Of a stretch of 64,000 bases of DNA, positions 20,645-30,429 are shown in pieces. A model generated the notes under the pieces. The model was not told the DNA's origin and ran no database searches. It saw nothing but the letters and a program-made list of their open reading frames with translations. A program made the position numbers and the translations under genes. Every line of letters begins with the position of its first letter. The stretch's first letter is position 1. Source of the DNA: an uncultured delta proteobacterium (GTDB lineage: Bacteria; Myxococcota_A; Polyangia; Fen-1088); assembly GCA_963755125.1 (NCBI GenBank), contig CAVWIP010000008.1:32001-96000 (forward strand), written 5' to 3'.

Positions 20645-21199
20645 ATGATTTCTGCCATCCGGGCCGCCAAGGCCTTCGAATCGCTGTCCGACACAGACTG
20701 CGCCGAACTGGTGCGCTTCATGCGCATCCGGCAGTACGAGGCTGGCGCGACGATCTTCGAGCGCGGCAAGCCCGGTGACACCATGCTGGTGGTTGCCGAC
20801 GGCGCGCTCTCCGTGGTCATGGCGGGCCCGCGCCGCGGGAACGTCGAAGTGGCCCGCATCGGCGTGGGGGAGGTGGTCGGCGAGACGTCGTGTATCGACC
20901 CTGCCCCGCGCTGTGCCACCCTGCTGGCCGCCACGCGCACAACCGCGTACGAGCTCGGGCGCAAGGAACTGACCAGCATGCGAAAACGGGCGCCCGGGTT
21001 GGCGATCGCGCTGATGGGCGCGGTCGTCCGCAGCGTGACCCTGCGCCTGCGCCGCGTGGACGAGCGCATCGATCGCGAGCTGGCCGGCCACTTGGCGGCG
21101 AGGCTCCCGGAGTTGCGACAGACGGCCGGCTCCGGGGCGGGGCCGACCGGGCCAGGCACCTGGACGGCCCTGCTGGCCCGCCTGCGAGGAAGCGCATGA
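20645..21199 (+). CDS. Cyclic nucleotide-binding domain protein
   Basis: IFERGKPGD, GEVVGE...PRCAT phosphate-binding cassette; no HTH. Confidence 0.88.
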   Translation: MISAIRAAKAFESLSDTDCAELVRFMRIRQYEAGATIFERGKPGDTMLVVADGALSVVMAGPRRGNVEVARIGVGEVVGETSCIDPAPRCATLLAATRTTAYELGRKELTSMRKRAPGLAIALMGAVVRSVTLRLRRVDERIDRELAGHLAARLPELRQTAGSGAGPTGPGTWTALLARLRGSA

Positions 21200-21768
21200 A
21201 GGCCTCTGCCCTGCGGAGGTTACTGCCCGGCTATCCCAGCACCGAACTCGAACTCCTCCTGGCCGCAACACGGACTCGCCACTTTCCTGGCGGCACCTGG
21301 CTGTGCCGCGAAGGCCAGCCTGCCTCATCCTGCTTCCTCATCGCGATCGGCGCGGTGGAGGTGGTCAAGTATCTCGACGGCGAGGAGCACGTGTTGGCCA
21401 CCCTGGGGCCGGGAACCCTGCTGGGCCAGACGGCGCTTGTCGACGGCGCGCTCCGCTCGGCTTCACTGCGAGCTGCGTCTGTCACCACAGCCATCGAGAT
21501 CAGGCGCAGAACCTTCCAGCGTCTGGTGCAACAAGGCAGTCCCCTGGCCCTGCGCTTCCAGGAAAAGATCGCAGTTGCCGGGATCCGCCAGCTGCGCGCT
21601 GCCACCGACCAGCTGGCGCTGGTGCTGGCAAGAGCCATCCGGCCGTCGGGCAAACGGAGTGCCGCTGTCGATCGCCTGGCCCTCGCCTGCATCCAGGCCG
21701 GCACCGGCGAATGGGACATGCCTCTCGGCCCCGGCGCGTGTCCGTCCGCCAAGAAGCGTCTTTCCTAG
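21196..21768 (+). CDS. Cyclic nucleotide-binding domain protein
   Basis: ATGA overlap with previous gene; [15 protein letters not shown]...RSASLRA. Confidence 0.85.
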   Translation: MKASALRRLLPGYPSTELELLLAATRTRHFPGGTWLCREGQPASSCFLIAIGAVEVVKYLDGEEHVLATLGPGTLLGQTALVDGALRSASLRAASVTTAIEIRRRTFQRLVQQGSPLALRFQEKIAVAGIRQLRAATDQLALVLARAIRPSGKRSAAVDRLALACIQAGTGEWDMPLGPGACPSAKKRLS

Positions 21769-21802
21769 CCGGCCTGCGCGTGCTAGCAAGCGGCGCAAGG
21801 CC

Positions 21803-23800
21803 ATGGACCAACTCAGCAATCTCGCCATCAATACCATTCGCATCCTCTCCATCGATGCCGTGCAGAAGGCCAACGCGGGCCACCCGGGCCTGCCCATGGG
21901 GGCCGCGCCCATGGCCTATGTGCTCTGGCAGAAACACCTCAAGCACAATCCGCGCAATCCCAAGTGGCCGGATCGCGACCGCTTCGTGCTCTCGGCTGGG
22001 CACGGGTCCATGTTGCTCTATTCGTTGCTACACCTGACCGGGTACGACCTGTCGCTGGACGACATCAAGACCTTCCGCCAGTGGGGCTCACGTGCGGCCG
22101 GGCACCCGGAATCCTTTCTCGTCCCGGGCGTGGAAGCCACCACCGGCCCGCTCGGTCAGGGTGCCAGCAACGCGGTCGGCCTGGCCATGGCCGAGCGTTT
22201 TGCCGCCGGACGCTACAACAAGCCCGGCCACACCATCGTCGATCACTTTACCTACGCCCTGGTGGGCGACGGCGACCTGATGGAAGGAATCACCCACGAG
22301 GCAGCTTCGCTGGCAGGTCATCTCGGGCTGGGCAAGCTCATCTGGCTGTACGACGACAACAAGGTATCGCTCGACGGACCCACCTCGTTGGCCTTCACCG
22401 AAGACGTGGGCAAGCGCTTTGAAGCATACCGCTGGCAAGTCTTGCGCATTGAGAAGGGCGATACCGACATCGAAGCCATCGACCGCGCCCTGGTCGCGGC
22501 CAAGGCCGAGACGACGCGGCCGTCGCTCATCATGGTTCACAGCACCATCGGCTTCGGCTCGCCCCACAAGGCGGGCAGCAGCGAGGCTCACGGCTCGCCG
22601 CTCGGCGCGGAAGAAGTGAAGGCGACCAAGCAGAATCTGGGCTGGGATCCGGACAAGCAGTTCTACCTTCCTGACCAGGCAGTGACTCATTTCCGCACTG
22701 CCGTCGAGCGCGGCGCGCAGGCCGAGTCCGCCTGGCAGAATCGATTCGATGCCTGGGCCGCAGCCAACTCCGATCTGGCCAGTGAATGGCACACAGCCTT
22801 GCGGGGCGAGCTGCCCTCGGGCTGGGAATCTGGTCTACCGACGTTTTCGCCCAAGGACGAGCTGGCCACGCGCCAGTCGGGCGGCAAGGTCCTGGCCGCC
22901 ATCGCCGGCAAGGTGCCCTGGCTCGTGGGCGGCGACGCCGACCTGTCGTGCTCGACGCTGACCACGCTGACCGGCCAGGGTGATTTCGACGGCCAGACCG
23001 GGCTGGGCCGCAACATCCATTTCGGCGTGCGCGAACACGCGATGGGCGCCATTGCCAACGGCCTCGCCTACCACGGAGGCGTGCGCCCATTCACCGCCAC
23101 CTTCTTCGTGTTTTCCGACTATGAACGCCCGGCCGTGCGCATGGCGGCCATCAGTCGCTTGCCCGTGACCTTCGTGTTCACCCACGATTCCATCGGCGTG
23201 GGCGAGGACGGGCCGACCCACCAGCCGGTCGAACAGCTCATGTCGCTGCGCCTGATTCCCAACCTGTGGGTCATTCGTCCGGCCGACGCCAACGAAGTCG
23301 TCGAGGCCTACAAGATCGCCATGAAGCGCAGCAACGGTCCCGTCACGGTGGTCCTGACCCGGCAGAAGACGCCGACTTTCGATCGCAGCAAGCTCGCTCC
23401 GGCCGAAGGCGTGCACAAAGGCGGCTATGTGCTGTGCGACGCGCCCGCGCCGCAAGCCGTGCTCATCGCCACAGGCAGCGAAGTCGCAGTGGCGCTGGCC
23501 GCGCAGGAGAAGCTGCTGGCCCAAGGCATTCGGTCTCGCGTGGTGTCGCTGCCGTGCTGGGAGATCTTCGCGGCCCAGAGCCCCGAGTATCAGGACTCGG
23601 TCATTCCGCGCGCCATCAAGGCGCGCGTGTCCATCGAGGCGGGCGCCACGCTCGGCTGGCAGCGCTGGGTGGGCGACGAGGGCGTCGCCATCGGTATCGA
23701 CCGCTTCGGAGCGTCGGGCCCAGGCGGTGTCTTGATGAAGCAGTTCGGTTTGCACGCCGACGCCGTGGTCCGCGCTGTCACGGATATGGTGAAGACGTGA
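21803..23800 (+). CDS. tkt: Transketolase
   Basis: [50 protein letters not shown]. Confidence 0.97.
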   Translation: MDQLSNLAINTIRILSIDAVQKANAGHPGLPMGAAPMAYVLWQKHLKHNPRNPKWPDRDRFVLSAGHGSMLLYSLLHLTGYDLSLDDIKTFRQWGSRAAGHPESFLVPGVEATTGPLGQGASNAVGLAMAERFAAGRYNKPGHTIVDHFTYALVGDGDLMEGITHEAASLAGHLGLGKLIWLYDDNKVSLDGPTSLAFTEDVGKRFEAYRWQVLRIEKGDTDIEAIDRALVAAKAETTRPSLIMVHSTIGFGSPHKAGSSEAHGSPLGAEEVKATKQNLGWDPDKQFYLPDQAVTHFRTAVERGAQAESAWQNRFDAWAAANSDLASEWHTALRGELPSGWESGLPTFSPKDELATRQSGGKVLAAIAGKVPWLVGGDADLSCSTLTTLTGQGDFDGQTGLGRNIHFGVREHAMGAIANGLAYHGGVRPFTATFFVFSDYERPAVRMAAISRLPVTFVFTHDSIGVGEDGPTHQPVEQLMSLRLIPNLWVIRPADANEVVEAYKIAMKRSNGPVTVVLTRQKTPTFDRSKLAPAEGVHKGGYVLCDAPAPQAVLIATGSEVAVALAAQEKLLAQGIRSRVVSLPCWEIFAAQSPEYQDSVIPRAIKARVSIEAGATLGWQRWVGDEGVAIGIDRFGASGPGGVLMKQFGLHADAVVRAVTDMVKT

Positions 23801-24390
23801 AGAACATCGGTCTTGCTTTCGCTCTTGCCGCCCTCGTGACCTGCGGCCTCGTCGGGACGGCGCGCGCAGATGATCAACGACCCACGGTCTTCACCTTCGC
23901 CTATGAAGGTCTCGTGGTGGGAGCCGGGGCCGGGCTGGCCGCGGGCTATCTGGTCGCGCGCGAGGACGGCTGGAAGACTTCGAAGGACTGGAAGCCCCTG
24001 GTGTACGGGACCGGCATCGGCGCGCTGGTGGGCAGCGGGGTCGGGCTGACCGTGGGCGTGGTCAACGTCGCACAGGACAAGCCAGGCCGTACCCGCTATG
24101 TCTTGCGCGACATGGCCTACGGCGTGGGGTTCGGCGCCACCGCGGGCGTGATCGCGGGCGGCCTTACCGCGATCTCGACCAGGAAGCCCGAGCACATCCT
24201 TCTCGGTGCATCCATCGGCGTTCTTTCCGGGGCTGTCATGGGGGCGGTGTTTGGCTTCATCGAGGGCGGGCACGCGCGCGACTATGGGGCTTTGGATTCC
24301 GACCGTCAGCGCTTCGCCCTTGCGATCGTGCCGGTCGTCGAGGCAGGCGGCAAGCTCGCCTACCTCCCCGCTCTCTCGGGCCGGTACTGA
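23797..24390 (+). CDS. Glycine-rich membrane/secreted protein
   Basis: GTGA overlap with tkt stop; signal peptide ending ARA; GxxxG helices; ends LSGRY. Confidence 0.7.
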   Translation: MKNIGLAFALAALVTCGLVGTARADDQRPTVFTFAYEGLVVGAGAGLAAGYLVAREDGWKTSKDWKPLVYGTGIGALVGSGVGLTVGVVNVAQDKPGRTRYVLRDMAYGVGFGATAGVIAGGLTAISTRKPEHILLGASIGVLSGAVMGAVFGFIEGGHARDYGALDSDRQRFALAIVPVVEAGGKLAYLPALSGRY

Positions 24391-24394
24391 CCGC

Positions 24395-25840
24395 TCAGCG
24401 AGCGCCGCGGCGTCGGCGAGCCAGCCGAGCGATCAGTCCGGTCATGCCAAGCGCCAGCCACAGGCTGCCCTGGCCCGCGTCGCTGCCACCGTAGGCACAC
24501 CCGCTCGAGTGGCCCATGGGCTGAGCCAAGGTACCTCCGTCCGCGGCGGCGTTGGCTGTGCTGGGGGGCACCGGGGTTACCGGAGATGGTGTCGTGCTGG
24601 CGGGCTGCCCGCTCACAGGGCCGGCACCGCTGTCGCTGCTGGTTCCGCTGGCACCGCCGGTGCCGGGGGCCAAGCCCAGACCCACCGTCGCAGTCCCACT
24701 CGATCCCGAGTTCGCCGTGAACTGACCGCCGTCAGAAGCGTGCCCTTGCGTCGCGAGGATAATACCGTCGGGCAAGCAGGACTTGTCAGGCGCGTTGGGG
24801 CTCCAGGTCGGCCGGACCCCGCCGTCGTAGTTGGAGAAGTCGAAGCAGCTCCAGCCCGCGGGACAGGCCTGACCCGATCCGCAGTCAATGGGCTTGGGCA
24901 TGCAGTTCATGATCACCGTGGTGCCGCAGGTTGGCGGCGTCGGCGCCGGGCAGGTCTCGCCCGCTGCGCAGGCCCCGCCCGATCCGGAACACCAACCCTC
25001 TTCGCTGACCTCCACGCACTGGTAGAGAGGGTCCGCGCAGTCGCTGTCAGTCGTGCAGGTCACAGGCACGTAGGTACAAACTGACGGTCCTGGGGTGCAA
25101 GTATCCGCGGTCGTAGTCACGGTGCCGCCGGCTCCCCCGGTCGCTCCGCCCGAGCATATCGCGCCATTGGCCTGGCAGACCAATGGTGTCGGGCAGTCGG
25201 CAGCGGTGCTGCACGCGTGCGGCTTGGCCACGCAGGTCCCGGTGGTGCCGGTCTGCGGCGGCGGCGTTTCGCACTTCGTGCCCGCCGGACAGGAAGGCGC
25301 GACGACCGGAAGGACGTCCATCACGCAATCGAAATCCGCGCTGGGACAGTCAGCCACGGTGGTGCAGACAATGGGCTTGGGCTCGCAGATCCCTGTGACG
25401 GGCGTGGGCACCGGCTCGGGCACGGATATAGGAGGCAGCAACCCAGCGTCCGGCCCTGGCAGGGGAGCCGCGCCTCCGTCCGTCGCAGGCACAGGCGCAC
25501 TGCTCGGCGGGGACACTAGCGTCGCACAGTTGGTGCCCGCCGCACAGGTGCTCGCAGTAGCTACCCCGGCCCCGGGACTCGCCGCGCTTCCTCCTGCGCC
25601 GCCGGTGCCGACACTGGCGCCCCCAGTTACTGGCCCAGCCCCGACGCTCGTCGCCCCGCCTGTCGCGGTACCGGTCCCGGCCACGGCCTGCCCGAAGGAA
25701 CATTGATACCCGGTATCGCAATCCGAGTCGGTCGTGCAATCCTTGGCCGCGGCTGTCCGTCCCATCCCGCCAACCAGCAAAGAGACGGTGGCAGAGATCA
25801 GGAAAACATGGCGCGAAGGTCGCAAGGCTTTAATCAACAT
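24395..25840 (-). CDS. Cys-rich secreted protein with MYXO-CTERM-like sorting signal
   Basis: Signal peptide; repeated CTTDSDC/CTTVADC/CSTAADC modules; C-terminus SSGCAYG...hydrophobic helix...RRRR. Confidence 0.78.
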   Translation of the reverse strand: MLIKALRPSRHVFLISATVSLLVGGMGRTAAAKDCTTDSDCDTGYQCSFGQAVAGTGTATGGATSVGAGPVTGGASVGTGGAGGSAASPGAGVATASTCAAGTNCATLVSPPSSAPVPATDGGAAPLPGPDAGLLPPISVPEPVPTPVTGICEPKPIVCTTVADCPSADFDCVMDVLPVVAPSCPAGTKCETPPPQTGTTGTCVAKPHACSTAADCPTPLVCQANGAICSGGATGGAGGTVTTTADTCTPGPSVCTYVPVTCTTDSDCADPLYQCVEVSEEGWCSGSGGACAAGETCPAPTPPTCGTTVIMNCMPKPIDCGSGQACPAGWSCFDFSNYDGGVRPTWSPNAPDKSCLPDGIILATQGHASDGGQFTANSGSSGTATVGLGLAPGTGGASGTSSDSGAGPVSGQPASTTPSPVTPVPPSTANAAADGGTLAQPMGHSSGCAYGGSDAGQGSLWLALGMTGLIARLARRRRGAR

Positions 25841-25885
25841 GGCTTGGGCTCCTTTTCGACTACTGCTTGTCTTCAATCCTGTCCT

Positions 25886-25901
25886 TGCAAGCCCGGTGCC
25901 G
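25886..25901 (-). promoter_or_regulatory. Putative sigma-54 promoter
   Basis: Minus strand CGGCACCGGGCTTGCA fits the -24/-12 consensus TGGCACG-N4-TTGC, about 45 nt upstream of ATG 25840. Confidence 0.6.
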
Positions 25902-25997
25902 CCACCCACGAACGCAATTCTGTTGCGATCACGCCGGAATTGCCCGCCTGTCCCTCAGAAATCTGAGGCTGACCACTCCTCGTCCGTCAGGCTTCTT

Positions 25998-26257
25998 CTA
26001 CCCCTGGTGCAGACGAGAGGCCTCAAACGAGCAACCTTGCGCGCCAATCCCGCCTGCTCAGCGGCGTCCACGACTGCTCCCGCCTCCTCTTTGCACGTGT
26101 TGTGTGAAACGTCGTAGAGCAGGGTCAGGTCAGCCGTGGGGAAAATCTCGGCGAACGTCTCGCGCACCAGGTGTGCGATGACGTGACGGTTGGCCATGGC
26201 GCAGTTCATGGCCGCGCGCATGGCGCCCAGGCAGCGCCGGCCCAGGGCAGAGATCTG
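25998..26257 (-). pseudogene. rtcB: RtcB RNA ligase relic (internally deleted)
   Basis: LGAMRAAMNCAMANRHVIAHLVRETF...LLYDVSHNTCKEE joined directly to the C-terminal AVVDAAEQAGLARKVARLRPLVC. Confidence 0.8.
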
Positions 26258-26418
26258 GTGGCTGTGCTTTGCCTGGGTTGGATCCGTCCCGCACCTTCCA
26301 CCCGCGTAGCGTCCCACGGGCAAGATATGTAGACTCGGGTGCATGATCAAGCGCACGACGGCCGCCCGGTCGAGAAGCAAGCGAGCCGAAGCCCAGTGCC
26401 ACTAGGGGAGATCGTCGC

Positions 26419-28257
26419 TTGAGCCATGTGCTTCTCATCACGCCGCCCATGGTGCAATTCAACACGGCGTATCCCGCGCCGCCGGTGTTGGCCGCGTTTT
26501 TGCGCCGGCACGGATACGAGGTAGGGCAAGAGGATCTTTCCCTGGCGTTGGCTTTGCGACTCTTCTCGCCGCGCGGGGCGAGGGAGGTCGAACGAGCCCT
26601 GCGCCGGCGTTTTGCCCACCGACGTGGCCCGCCTTCGGTGCGGCACTTTCTCGCCCACGCGACAGAGATCGAATCCGCGGTTGCCGAGGCCGTCGCCTTC
26701 CTGCAAGGACGTGCGCCAGGGCAGGCGGCGCGGCTGGCACAACGACGTGGCTTGCCTGAAGGCCCGCGCTTTGCGTCCGTGCGCGGGCTCTTCGCAAGCG
26801 ACGACGAGGCCTCGTTGGCGCGCCATCGCGCGAGCCTTTTCCTCGACGAGATTGCCGATGCCGTGCACGACGGCCTCGACGATCTCTTCGATCTGGCCCG
26901 CTACGCGGAGCGCCTGGCGACGACAGGCGATTTCGAGTCGTTGCGCCGCGCTCTCTCCCGGCGCCGCAGTCTGGTCGACCGATGGATCGACGAGGAAGCA
27001 GAAATCGCGTTTCGCTGCCACCGGCCGCGCATCGTGGGCATCACCGTCCCGTTTCCCGGCGCGCTCTACGGCGCGCTTCGCGTCGCCCGCCGGATGAAGG
27101 CGCTCGATCCGCGCCTGGCCACCGTCCTGGGCGGCGGCTACGTCAACACCGAACTGCGCGAGCTTTCCGACCCACGCCTGTTCGACGATTTCGACTATGT
27201 GACCTATGACGACGGGGAAATACCTCTCCTTCGCATTGTGGAGGATGTTCACCTGGTACGTACGCGGATGCGCCGGCGCGGCCGCGTGGTCTGGCTGGAC
27301 GATGCGACGGCGCCGGTACTGCGCCACCGCGATCGACCCACGCCTGACTTCGCGCCGCTTTCCACCCGCGGTTATCTGTCCATGGCCGAGAGCCCCAATC
27401 CCATGCACCGCCTCTGGTCAGAACGACGCTGGCTCAAGCTGGCCCTGGCGCACGGATGCTACTGGCACCGCTGCGCGTTCTGCGACACCTATCTCGACTG
27501 CATTGGCCGTTTCGATCCGGCCGACGCCGCGACCATCGTGGGCTGGATGGAAGGGGCGATGGCCCAGACCGGGGAGCGGGGCTTTCACTTCGTGGACGAA
27601 GCCGCACCGCCAGCCTTGCTCGCGGCGGTCGCTCGCCGCATTCTCGACCGCGGCCTGGAAGTCGAGTGGTGGACCAACATCCGCTTCGAGCGGCACTTCA
27701 CGCCCGAGCTCGCCCGCCTGCTGGCGCGCTCGGGTTGTCTGGCAGTCACCGGCGGGCTGGAGTCCGGCACGGATCGTTTGCTGGCTCTGCAGGACAAAGG
27801 CTTCGATGTGGCGCAAGCCACGCGCGTGATGGCCGCCTTTGCCCGCGCCGGGGTGCTGGTCCACGCCTATCTCATGTACGGCTATCCCACGCAGACCGCG
27901 CAGGAAACCGTGGACGCGCTGGAACTGGTCCGCCAGCTCTTTGCCGCCGGCTTCCTGCATTCGGCCTACTGGCACCGTTTTGCGCTGACCGTACACAGCC
28001 CGGCTTTTCGCCAAGCGGACAAGCTAGGAATCCGGATTATCGCCCCAGGGCACATGACCTTCTCGCGCAACGAGATCCCCTTTGCCGAGCCCACCGGGGA
28101 GGATCCGGCGCCCTTTGCTCCCGGTCTGCGCCGCGCGGTCTACAACTTCATGCACGGCCAGGGCTTGCGCGCCGACGTGCGTAGTTGGTTTGATTTTCCC
28201 GTGCCTCGAGCAAGGCTCGCACGCGGCTTCGTGCACACAGCCACGCGCGATTCTTGA
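26419..28257 (+). CDS. B12-binding domain radical SAM protein
   Basis: TTG start after AGGGGAG; NTAYPA, VLGGGY, HGCYWHRCAFCD cluster motif, FVDEAAPP, GGLESG. Confidence 0.88.
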   Translation: MSHVLLITPPMVQFNTAYPAPPVLAAFLRRHGYEVGQEDLSLALALRLFSPRGAREVERALRRRFAHRRGPPSVRHFLAHATEIESAVAEAVAFLQGRAPGQAARLAQRRGLPEGPRFASVRGLFASDDEASLARHRASLFLDEIADAVHDGLDDLFDLARYAERLATTGDFESLRRALSRRRSLVDRWIDEEAEIAFRCHRPRIVGITVPFPGALYGALRVARRMKALDPRLATVLGGGYVNTELRELSDPRLFDDFDYVTYDDGEIPLLRIVEDVHLVRTRMRRRGRVVWLDDATAPVLRHRDRPTPDFAPLSTRGYLSMAESPNPMHRLWSERRWLKLALAHGCYWHRCAFCDTYLDCIGRFDPADAATIVGWMEGAMAQTGERGFHFVDEAAPPALLAAVARRILDRGLEVEWWTNIRFERHFTPELARLLARSGCLAVTGGLESGTDRLLALQDKGFDVAQATRVMAAFARAGVLVHAYLMYGYPTQTAQETVDALELVRQLFAAGFLHSAYWHRFALTVHSPAFRQADKLGIRIIAPGHMTFSRNEIPFAEPTGEDPAPFAPGLRRAVYNFMHGQGLRADVRSWFDFPVPRARLARGFVHTATRDS

Positions 28258-28260
28258 CGA

Positions 28261-29673
28261 TCAACCGCCGCGAATCTTGTGCAGGGTGAGCATGTTGGTC
28301 TGGAACGGCTCGTCCCTCAAGACCACGCCGTAGGTGACGATAATGTCGTCCCCGGGCTTGGCCATGGCATGAGCGCAAAGCTCGCGCTCGGCCTGTTCGA
28401 CCACGCCGGCGACACCCTTGACCCAGGCCCCGTAAAGCGGGCGCACGCCCCAGAAAAGGCCGAGCTGGTGCAAAACGGAGTCGTGGCGCGAGAACGCCAC
28501 GATGTTGGACAGGGGGCGCTGCGCGGAGAGCAAGGCCGCCGAATGTCCGCTCTCGGTGTACACCGCGATGGCCGCCAGCTTGAGATCTTCGGCGATCTCG
28601 GCGGCGGCGTCGGCTATCGAGCTGGAGTAGGTCCGCTCGGTCACGTCGGGCCGCTCCTTCCACAGCTTGTGGTAGTACTCGCTGCCTTCGATCTCGTCGA
28701 TGATGCGCGCCAGGGTCTTGACCGCTTCGACTGGATAGTCGCCCACCGAGGTCTCGGCCGAAAGCATGACCGCGTCGGTACCGTCGAGAACGGCATTGGC
28801 CACGTCGGAAACTTCGGCGCGCGTGGGCCGCGGGTTCTTGATCATGGAATCGAGCATCTGGGTGGCGGTGATGGCGGGCTTGGCGCGGAACTTGATGTCG
28901 CGCAGGATTCGCTTCTGGATGAGAGGCACCTTCTCGTGGCCGGCTTCCACGCCCAGATCGCCCCGCGCCACCATGACCGCGTCAGTGACGTCCAGGATCT
29001 CGTCCAGCCGGCCCACCGCCTCGGGCTTCTCGATCTTGGCGATGATGGGGATCCCGCCAGCCAGTTGCTTGGCCTCCTCCACATCCTGCGGGGTTCGCAC
29101 GAAGGACAGGGCGAACCAGTCCACACCCAACTCACGGCCGAACACGATGTCCTTCTTGTCCTTCTCGGTCAGGGCCGGCACCGACAGCGCCGAGCCCGGC
29201 AGGTTCATGCCCTTCTTGTCCTTGAGCAAGCCACCGTCGATCACGCGGCAGATCACGTCGTCGCCCTTGATGGATTCCACTTGAAGCTGCAAGAGGCCGT
29301 CGTCGAGCAGGATGGGATCGCCAGGTTTCACGTCGCGCGCCAGGGGCAAGTAGGTGTGCGAGACTCGCTCGCTCGTGCCCAGCACTTCCGTGGTGGTCAG
29401 GCAGATGCTCTTTCCCCTTTCGAGGGGCACCTGACCGCCGGTCATGCGTCCTACCCGAATCTTCGGGCCACACAAGTCGGCAAACAGGGTGATGGGCCGG
29501 CCGGCCTCGCGGGCCGCCGCGCGCACCTCTTGGTAAGTCTTGCGGTGGGTGTCGTAGTCGCCGTGCGAGAAGTTCAGACGCGCGACATCCATGCCGGCAT
29601 CGATCAACTCCACCAGGCGGGGCACGCCCGCGGTCGCAGGTCCCAGGGTACAGACGATCTTCACCTTGCGCAT
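28261..29673 (-). CDS. pyk: Pyruvate kinase
   Basis: KIVCTLGPA, RLNFSHG, IAKIEK, MVARGDLGVE, ATQMLDSM, PTRAE. Confidence 0.97.
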   Translation of the reverse strand: MRKVKIVCTLGPATAGVPRLVELIDAGMDVARLNFSHGDYDTHRKTYQEVRAAAREAGRPITLFADLCGPKIRVGRMTGGQVPLERGKSICLTTTEVLGTSERVSHTYLPLARDVKPGDPILLDDGLLQLQVESIKGDDVICRVIDGGLLKDKKGMNLPGSALSVPALTEKDKKDIVFGRELGVDWFALSFVRTPQDVEEAKQLAGGIPIIAKIEKPEAVGRLDEILDVTDAVMVARGDLGVEAGHEKVPLIQKRILRDIKFRAKPAITATQMLDSMIKNPRPTRAEVSDVANAVLDGTDAVMLSAETSVGDYPVEAVKTLARIIDEIEGSEYYHKLWKERPDVTERTYSSSIADAAAEIAEDLKLAAIAVYTESGHSAALLSAQRPLSNIVAFSRHDSVLHQLGLFWGVRPLYGAWVKGVAGVVEQAERELCAHAMAKPGDDIIVTYGVVLRDEPFQTNMLTLHKIRGG

Positions 29674-29803
29674 GTGTGGCCTCCTGACGCGGCTATGGTC
29701 GCAGAAGGTCACGCCCTGCCGCAAGCTCGTTAAGATCTGGCGGATTTTCTCTTGACCTGTATTATTTCCGGCCTGAGACGCTAAACGTCAAGGAGGGATC
29801 CCG

Positions 29804-30217
29804 ATGAAGCGCATGGTTCTTGTTTTGGTTGTGTCCGCGGTTCTACCCATTGCTGGCCTGGTTCAGGCCCAAACCAAGGCCGCTCCGGCTGCTGCTCCGG
29901 CTGCCAAGGCCGCTCCTGTGGCTGCTGCCGAGAAGCCGGCTGCCAAGGCCGAAAAGCCGGCCAAGGCTGAAAAGGCCGAGAAGCCCGATTGCTCTGCCAA
30001 GCAGACTGCCCTCGACGATGCCAAGAAGGCCGAGAAGGACGCTGCCAAGGCCGATCTGTCGAGCTGCAAGGAGATGAAGGGCAAGGAGAAGGCCGAGTGC
30101 GAGAAGCCGCTCAAGGCGAAGGCCAAGGAAGATGCCAAGGCCGCCAAGGAGAAGACCGCTGCGGCCAAGAAGGAACTCGACTGCTGCAAGTCCCCGAAGA
30201 AGAAGGGCTGCGAGTAG
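29804..30217 (+). CDS. Small secreted Ala/Lys-rich protein with six Cys
   Basis: AGGAGG RBS, signal peptide ending AQA-like, strongly biased codons. Confidence 0.8.
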   Translation: MKRMVLVLVVSAVLPIAGLVQAQTKAAPAAAPAAKAAPVAAAEKPAAKAEKPAKAEKAEKPDCSAKQTALDDAKKAEKDAAKADLSSCKEMKGKEKAECEKPLKAKAKEDAKAAKEKTAAAKKELDCCKSPKKKGCE

Positions 30218-30228
30218 TTGGTTCTGCA

Positions 30229-30313
30229 GGCGCGCCCCTCTATTGAGGAGCGCGCCCGAGAGGCGTGGAGCCTCTCGACAAGGCCGGCAAAGCTGGCTTT
30301 GTCAAAGGGCTCC
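30229..30313 (+). terminator. Two GC-rich hairpins downstream of the Ala/Lys-rich gene
   Basis: GGCGCGCCCCTC-TATT-GAGGAGCGCGCC (30229-30256) and GGAGCC...GACAAGGCCGGC-AAA-GCTGGCTTTGTC...GGCTCC (30267-30313); no U-tract. Confidence 0.5.
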
Positions 30314-30344
30314 GAAGCGGTGGTTCAGAACGGCGAGGGATGTC

Positions 30345-30373
30345 CGGCCACGACCACGTCTACGGCCACGGCC
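30345..30373 (+). repeat. Degenerate hexamer repeat (YACGDC)n
   Basis: CGGCCACGACCACGTCTACGGCCACGGCC; inverted relative at 32710-32749. Confidence 0.65.
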
Positions 30374-30429
30374 TCACCGACTGGCGGGCGCGTGCGGTTG
30401 CTGGTATCACAGACTGCACGGAGCCCACC

